64,000 nucleotides of DNA from a virus. The notes below the pieces were generated by a model that made no database searches, was not told the DNA's origin, and saw only the letters and a program-made list of their open reading frames with translations. Location: positions 1-64,000 of IMG/VR virus record IMGVR_UViG_3300030102_007485. The stretch is one strand, 5' to 3'. Each line of letters begins with the position of its first letter. Positions within the stretch are counted from its first letter, which is position 1. A program made the position numbers and the translations under genes. Below are positions 60,101-64,000 of this stretch, piece after piece.

Positions 60101-62864
60101 TGGACTCGGTCCCACCCGCGCAGTCAACGAGGAAGATAAAGCGATCTTGTTTACTGTTTGCACCATTGGTACAATTAAATTCTATCTAGAAAACTTCCTT
60201 GGAATGACGCTCCCCTCCACTGTGGATTACGCTACGCCCCAAAGATGGTACAATGCTTTGGGTCGAGGTCAGTTTGCATTCACTCCTCGCGGTCAGGCAC
60301 AAATGCCTTCTGCTGAGTTTAGAGCGACGCTGATGATTTTAGTTGCGGATATAATAGCAAACGGTTTTTCTAATCTGGTCACAGAAGACGCCGTTCAAGC
60401 ATATATCGATTCTGAACTTTCAGATATTTCACAGTTTCCAGACAATTTTGCACCACAACAAGGCGTTGGAGCGATTGACGCTCGTGCATTCTTAGAACTT
60501 GGGCGCGCTTTGCAAGAGACGCCAGCAATTGAACTGATCCTTGACACTCGCATCAACGACCAGTTTCAGGTGATGGCAAAGTCGCTGTTTAATCTTCATG
60601 GAAATAATGAAGATTTTGGTCTTCGTCCGTTGTCGAGAACATATCAGTGGAAAAAGCAAGACCTAACCGCACCATTTGATTTTTCTAGATATAAGACTAA
60701 CATGTTGACTATTCCCAAAGTTTACAGTGCTGCTGCCCTAATAGCAGGAAATCTTAACGAAGTCACCCACCTACAACCTCCGTGGCGACAACCAGACTTT
60801 GAACCTATTGTATTTGGACACCCACAACCAAGAGTTAGTTCAACGAGAAGCAAGTTCGGGGGATATTCCCTAACACAGCAGTGCACTGCTTTATTCAATA
60901 AGTCAAACGCAGTCGATATCGGCGCTTCTGGTTGGGGTGACCAACGACTCTTTCGTTTTAGTGATCCGGAGCAAACGCTAGAACAAAAATTAGCAGTAAT
61001 TTGTAACAAGTATACTGAAGGTGTTTTGAATCAAAGAACTTATGAGGGATTCTGGGGATACACTAGTTCTCCAAATTACCTAGAGGGCATGTCTTTTCAC
61101 ACTTTAGTAAGTTATCATAAAGATTATGGTTATCGTATGCCATACTCTCGCGGCGCGGACATCGTCCGCGAAGGGGCGACGTCCAATAGAGAACTCGAAG
61201 AATATGATTGGAGCATTTTTCTTCAGGTTCAAGATACTTTCCCCGCGGTTTGTGATTTGCTTGGTGGAAACACTGGTGGCGATGATGACTACGGCACATA
61301 TGAAAATGAGTATGCCTTGGAAAGATTACCGTATCCCCAAGGTTTTCAGGGAGCGTTTGCGGGCAGAGATTTGCCCCCTGTTGGTAATTTGTCAGATCAC
61401 TATCTGATTGGAGATGGTTATGGACTACCAAGAGAAGAGGAGATTCAAAACTTTATAAGCGTTCGAGGAGATCACAACAAGTCTATCGCCGAAATGGCAA
61501 TTCTTTCACAAGATCAGGAACTCTTGACAGGATTTCGAGCATACATGATTAATCGTGGGATAGGTTTAGTCTTTAAGGCAGACTCTGACGAAAGAAAGTT
61601 CTGGAATACGGCAGGAGACCAACTTGCTACACCGAGAGATGAGGGTGATACTATGGCAAACTATGGTGGGCAACCCTTAAATCCTGCTGGTATATTTGAA
61701 GAATTAAATGCGGTTCTTAAAGAAGAACTTTCAACCAGATTGCAAAATATAATAGAAGGAAGCAATTATCAGGTAGGATTGCGCATGGTTCAGATATTGC
61801 CAAAAAGCGTTTCAGATTCAATGGATAATATTCTTAATAGTCTAGGTCCACAAGATCCACTCAGACTCGCACTTGAATTGCTCATGGTTGAAGAGAGGAT
61901 TGTAAAGGTAAAACTCGATATACCAGGTGATGCGCAGGAAGGGATTAGTTATGCACTGCCCATAGTGCATGTGGAAGAGGGGATGGATCGCTGCAACCTT
62001 AATTGGAGAAATATTTCAGTATCTGCAGGTACGATGATTCCAGAATTGTTGGATATGCTTTCTGCAGACGAGAGAATGGTGGATTTTATAGAAAAGTCTT
62101 TCCCCCTACAGAGACTATCTTTATTGTCTGGTCTATACTCTATTATGGCACTTTCGACAAAGGATGAGTTTAATGATTTCATGATGCCCTCAAAACTTTC
62201 TATAAGTGGGGTGTTTTCTTCGATCTTGACAAAGACCGAGTTTGAAGGTGTTCCGTCTGGTGTTGATCTGTGGATGATGGCGAATGGTTACATGACGTCT
62301 ACTGGTCCAAAACCCGATTTGGATTTGATGGGACAAATGGGTGACTTTTTCACGCAATTAATACTGAACGCCCTGAATACCCCAATAATTCTAATAAAGA
62401 ATTTGGCAGGTGGGTTAGATCCCGCTTATAAGTCAATGATGAAAAGTCAAGGACCTGGTTCCAAGCAGGTCAAGAGTCTAAACTATTCATCTATCAGTGC
62501 AAACGGGTTGGAATCCAGGATGAGTAACGGAGTTAATTGTGATGGGGAGTATGTACCGGTGAATCTTGGATTCCCAAGAGATCTGGCAGCGAACTTAGTT
62601 CCAATACCGAACAGGGATTTCTTCAGGGCGCTCAAGAAGTTTGCATTCTTTATAAGAAGAAAAAAGAGGGGAGGCGTTTTCGACAGTTATGGGGATTTCT
62701 TGGGACCATTCGGCGCTATCGCTTTGGCGCTACCTGATCTTAGGGGTGATACCCCCGCTGCGGTAGCGGCAAGGGCAAAGCAGACAACAAGAACACCTCC
62801 AGAGCAATGCGAACCAGCAGAGATTGTTGAAATTAGTGAAAATAACACAGAAGAAGATAATTAA
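51141..62864 (+). CDS. Giant 3907-aa virion/baseplate-associated protein with peptidoglycan-binding domain(s)
   Basis: Uninterrupted ORF; VDGKFGQGTESAVKSFQ..GLKSDGVVG PG_binding_1 motif; lies between the hub gene and gp25. Confidence 0.8.
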   Translation: MTQKVHIGLSKIKFEPSLGFSFSADEYMTPGEHHVDFLVFKDFLSRKVLKSLYVFGSVDGMLGNRSTESARPSMRKLSMDEGNRFCEKTVRAIKAYQLLNRRSILHYGQKHFSWASTTPEQSKSLHPGEVSKIMTNDFKIASTPDFSKEFGLLGPATIAVMLGYRFHRTHINPDWNKGLVVDNGVAAYGSMVESDQSNNFFSSLSSRQKRRAEEFDRIYSLRKEYQEYKKNSPAPSEQDKKNFLDAKGVKYQFMEDLGDTTFSLIEQEADVRISYTPMTDTPDDGEILVVESVMTRKLYDKVYKSSPTMKFSPATASSLLDSLRAFVNRRKGLEGANGSSVSRSGMTAKKAVDILSKPQPSAQGDDPWIGTGEVKNFVHIYVDSDYTIEEEAELYARFGGKVATKTPPLRKRKQKGLKKDDAFVKEIQFALLVNGVLDSFDVPVIESEKERVQLRVEDSSDAVVSLFKESGVDLDSARIAVAQQNDQLPPDAQGDMSFSFDIGDADKEGHTVPVSEFKNRPTGHITYLEYLLYVDGKFGQGTESAVKSFQSNHGLKSDGVVGTLTYRKIYQVHGDKLSKYGFESIKDTLGARAEVANKKHDYKYLTRDLSRKALQKVFAYYKKETTWKLNLADPEINDIYPGKYNPTLTQPVTLSINDDTLFDFEDVDAEPFRTIHEEIDLPESFCTVRSQLRPLSDIMANLSNDVEAKRSYWATESVADFFIPPTRPGGYFMVEYVIDRKKLDLVLSKTDAKVVDAVDAGIMAFETAAVIYDKVSKFLEDPSAAYELAEEKVSKAIDDYASAKIEAISEYKRDAIKNAGKNTRNAWKKLRKKKQKDRRNRLLKERAAKNASQIQSRDVQLLGGTAKFETRLFRKKIDKVANKMIDLNQSFQDMKKEQSNIQATNKDLGARGYSHKKKEDPFQSYSDFLNMKPELDLKKDAERLREIPGAMETFLKLNGQHLEDKFNRFLEFDFAKVRDRYGNILGAKIKSIYFVGQKPADYIDEQVSTAAAFAGSEESFRASRRKLEHGFDALIKKSPFNDHRIMSYFAQMNVIDKELFKSAWGSRCGEYETLPVMDFISKYVYPAPGISSLTNDATPVNKKTSSGKPVITVKENIEENVGLMFSQLKTSAQRLTEQASVTAQNVDSLVQFKKGKTYDANDLLPLGELCTWEEITQKFINTFDFKSYWCEFSACLPDIPWPIVIDLTFDIPKLPKLPTLKQLRIIFDQLYISLVEMLVRFFCTLINKLLDLIRFPNCDEIFEAALFGAASLVNAIQEHDSMETPVPIGSYDISSQFLRGVDQSNFNSSKTKVQKKMLNSLTSYGIPAELLSDPDSGVNGSSMTDMINDLSALMRPTELTSLLRGNATPEVLTIIVNYIDMNIPALSEYLSSENSIQDFFSNLGGLIDVEVLNRIDKIPQILAENRFCPETVDARSRIIMGDLSEDQLRSAINAHNSKSTQTAEAVRAMMTDNPIASAMGDLYNPGDPNAIISDVPAPMVEIIESTAKSIFEVPKFSFIADVSRYTDLLYDQASRPLEYEDPEFNLDIENKALEAIEILTKNEAEIRNALTGANVVRKWRLRERLYEKFHYDVFVVEKKFKTQRRKRNRQGSTKLVTTVKLYPEVSDELMQQLKSGALTDSCGGVTDLNENGRTEFHFLIKRIGSYNSDLSPGVPSFENLQLELVNQVFKLSNYVPDFLPTGASLMVKPQKEDEDGILIPNAPILRRDDGTAIKSSLNMNDVSESEKTGLIRQITDSIVTRITELQNAVMRHLEVNMSDKNDSALLPEIRKYYDRSEETRRERGLVGDEEEFFRVVPSATADGFSFELSLPKRFQSSLVYEEVASEGDEDLYRIVINDQVLMKSSENFYGCDILPQEYARPPGVSSLAKKGIYVDIVRRSMVDHFKRYQRSEGYGAALSSLRRAFTRDLESPGQIADQLHEDSYNSTFEMFFEEIMDQMSDSRIFNDPEYIEKLDVRIRGAREYDKNGCLVRSTKGLIDFEEIVKSASSRVLSAFNDPSFHPSKMEFNAGSMGPFEKGIIHSAIYLMVNFLLIEFALRGGIAFSSFSPNALFGKESSGANDNFLHNYLVNFISNSLSQVMVSANVAFPESTKITDKTLLYPFRDVFMNHCVEYVRVVSPSTVSTSDKSANQKSAISYIVNEVIKEGQLIDMIEGLFHGTEQEKKPFVKTFLENSQILSIPEETTPDGMWKLSDVEEPENAIEKGRFLLQKYIRVTGPAASRDLSQYTFSEEFLSKKDEILQRLREVDPNQDLLVDDPVAVADRIDARIDVLEEMEPLPGAADDDYRTPLENEQTEVVSIEELNSYLRNSYQGSFNEELCNLLGLIYTEDPENPCFLMPEAFTRFPGKLIKKNFKRYKIDRGFTVRNQGQIEGIGLRFRYRDWVGRGRSGWKDEEELLAYNANPPLDQAGRPMVGGFNDRNVVRSRDVRFSYEVDQQNGDRGFFNDVFDQSLLSDANQPESSLYSTGIFSKLGRAGQLGALVHVEDADPEYLMLEEDVCKISSDFGKEGITKIFEGYSAGGFVAEREDLLLTAEMKNFSESFTPIIGAGIQKPKGPETFSLLSMGQGEKLKQGVVDAVPFMDSAFNTYQNSPDLIPLDMLTNRSNSLQEGGDYSYGSSHPKIEDLGPRGMRRMEQNDNPQEQLFGWKKGKITEEEFNQYRSMENLSDGLRPRLQNDIKILGPNDVYEEWTHYLIEDPGYVFGHPGESLHHPESMGCMMDPYHFDGTDAPRDEYGDDWSYVHRHWVDRAFLECCRAIEDKSLLTDESKKQSRVGQYWGWGFARFKRHGTGQGRNTDRYNPGHGRYDQVFRFNHEKRWDGSKEKATEHRRRIRQFPNRAAIMVRPLGYQNESYEHEKTNELGANEYASPLKILVTRIDYKIGDTVLHSDVYMGSEYNDGGILAGSDLRASHTENEYRSLMLSEAINRLMMEWVENNTSAINLYNGEVSSDFLRDNLRKRIEEYVSMYVSNGLGPTRAVNEEDKAILFTVCTIGTIKFYLENFLGMTLPSTVDYATPQRWYNALGRGQFAFTPRGQAQMPSAEFRATLMILVADIIANGFSNLVTEDAVQAYIDSELSDISQFPDNFAPQQGVGAIDARAFLELGRALQETPAIELILDTRINDQFQVMAKSLFNLHGNNEDFGLRPLSRTYQWKKQDLTAPFDFSRYKTNMLTIPKVYSAAALIAGNLNEVTHLQPPWRQPDFEPIVFGHPQPRVSSTRSKFGGYSLTQQCTALFNKSNAVDIGASGWGDQRLFRFSDPEQTLEQKLAVICNKYTEGVLNQRTYEGFWGYTSSPNYLEGMSFHTLVSYHKDYGYRMPYSRGADIVREGATSNRELEEYDWSIFLQVQDTFPAVCDLLGGNTGGDDDYGTYENEYALERLPYPQGFQGAFAGRDLPPVGNLSDHYLIGDGYGLPREEEIQNFISVRGDHNKSIAEMAILSQDQELLTGFRAYMINRGIGLVFKADSDERKFWNTAGDQLATPRDEGDTMANYGGQPLNPAGIFEELNAVLKEELSTRLQNIIEGSNYQVGLRMVQILPKSVSDSMDNILNSLGPQDPLRLALELLMVEERIVKVKLDIPGDAQEGISYALPIVHVEEGMDRCNLNWRNISVSAGTMIPELLDMLSADERMVDFIEKSFPLQRLSLLSGLYSIMALSTKDEFNDFMMPSKLSISGVFSSILTKTEFEGVPSGVDLWMMANGYMTSTGPKPDLDLMGQMGDFFTQLILNALNTPIILIKNLAGGLDPAYKSMMKSQGPGSKQVKSLNYSSISANGLESRMSNGVNCDGEYVPVNLGFPRDLAANLVPIPNRDFFRALKKFAFFIRRKKRGGVFDSYGDFLGPFGAIALALPDLRGDTPAAVAARAKQTTRTPPEQCEPAEIVEISENNTEEDN

Positions 62865-62882
62865 TTCAACAGGAGGGTTCTT

Positions 62883-63284
62883 ATGTCTAGGGGATTAGCA
62901 GTAAAATTACCTTTGAGAATATCAGAAGAGTTTGGACCATACGACCTTCACACGGATATTAAGACAATGGTTCATCAAAATTTAAAGATGATTTTACTAA
63001 CAAATCCAGGAGAAAGAATAATGAATCCGGATTTTGGAGTTGGTCTTCAAACGTTTCTCCATGAACAAAACACGGCATCTTTGGTTGGTCGAATTTCATC
63101 CAAAATTCAAGAGCAGGTAGAAACGCACTTAGATTTTATAGAAATAACGGAAACATACATAGGTCCAGATCAAAATTCTCTTAATCCATCCGACAATGTT
63201 TTGTCCATAGTTATAAAATATAATATCATCCCAATCTCAGAAGAGGATATTCTATCAATTACTCTCTCAGATTTTGGTTTGTAA
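62883..63284 (+). CDS. Baseplate wedge protein, gp25/GPW family
   Basis: LLTNPGERIMNPDFGVGL motif. Confidence 0.92.
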   Translation: MSRGLAVKLPLRISEEFGPYDLHTDIKTMVHQNLKMILLTNPGERIMNPDFGVGLQTFLHEQNTASLVGRISSKIQEQVETHLDFIEITETYIGPDQNSLNPSDNVLSIVIKYNIIPISEEDILSITLSDFGL

Positions 63285-63317
63285 ACCTAATTATTTGGAA
63301 AGTTTTGAGGTTTTTTG

Positions 63318-64000
63318 ATGTCAATTAAGAAGATAGTTCCTATAGATTACACAAGTCGTGATTTTAATTCAATTAAAAACGACCTAATAGAATACACCAA
63401 AAGGTATTATCCAGAAATCTTTAGGGATTTTAATGAAGCAAGTTTTGGTTCCTTGATGCTGGATACGGTCTCATACATTGGGGATATTTTGTCCTTTTAC
63501 TTGGACTATCATGCCAATGAGTCTTTTATAGAAACATCTATAGAGTATTCAAACGTTTTAAACCACGCAAAGCAAATGGGTTACAAGCATTCAACCGCAC
63601 CATCATCGCATGGAGTGGTAGATATACACTGTCTTATCCCCGCCAGCACAACATCTACAGCACCCGATTTTCAGTATGTTCCAACCTTGAGAAAGGGTAC
63701 GACTTTTGGTACCAATTCTGGAAAGATATTTACCTTAAACGAGGACGTTAGTTTTGATCCTACCGGAAGAAACGAGGTGTACGTCTACTCAGAAACAGCA
63801 CAAGGACCATCTTACTATGTAGTCCGTTCATCAGGGCAAGTTGTTTCAGGACGTCTTGAGCGCAAGGAGGTTACCGTAGGGGATTTTCAAAGATTTTTAA
63901 GAGTTGGTCTTGGTGACTCTCAAGTGTCTGAAATCATTTCAGTGACAGATGCACAAGGAAATGTATACTATGAAGTTGATTATTTGTCTCAAAATATCAT
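63318..64000 (+). CDS. Baseplate wedge gp6/J-like protein, truncated by the window end
   Basis: ATG 63318; IDYTSRDFNSIK..YYP..DFNEASFG..SYIGDILSFYLD..ANESF. Confidence 0.9.
   Translation, partial: MSIKKIVPIDYTSRDFNSIKNDLIEYTKRYYPEIFRDFNEASFGSLMLDTVSYIGDILSFYLDYHANESFIETSIEYSNVLNHAKQMGYKHSTAPSSHGVVDIHCLIPASTTSTAPDFQYVPTLRKGTTFGTNSGKIFTLNEDVSFDPTGRNEVYVYSETAQGPSYYVVRSSGQVVSGRLERKEVTVGDFQRFLRVGLGDSQVSEIISVTDAQGNVYYEVDYLSQNI

Overview
This window is part of a large lytic dsDNA tailed-phage genome (T4-like/jumbo myovirus architecture, standard code 11). Almost all genes are on the + strand. From left to right: (1) 1-3.3 kb is an early/host-takeover array of tiny ORFs, each behind a near-repeated sigma70 promoter block, ending in a terminator and a poly-C/CGCGCCC-A-tract boundary. 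(2) 3.6-24 kb holds late-type genes. Many share short helical N- or C-terminal tags and Glu-delimited basic Cys modules, and I infer they are capsid cargo. They are mixed with auxiliary genes: purA, eukaryote-type PMM, iscU, NUDIX, SNase, an RNase H-like protein, a CglF/GltF-like gliding protein, a 22-aa metallothionein-like peptide and a tmRNA. (3) 24-30 kb encodes an SLT, ClpP, a trypsin-like protease, PIN-PhoH and a RecB/Cas4-like nuclease. (4) 30-46.4 kb is a 16-kb glycosylation island (ADP-heptose enzymes, GDP-perosamine/colitose-type enzymes, about 6 glycosyltransferases, and carbamoyl-, methyl- and sulfotransferase-like genes). (5) 47-64 kb encodes a late sigma-like factor and a baseplate module with a 3907-aa protein, gp25 and gp6. 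Two signals span the window: a TA(A/T)TTA late-promoter motif, often exactly 4 nt before a leaderless ATG, and very strong avoidance of RGCY. All family calls come from motif recognition by eye; no searches were run.
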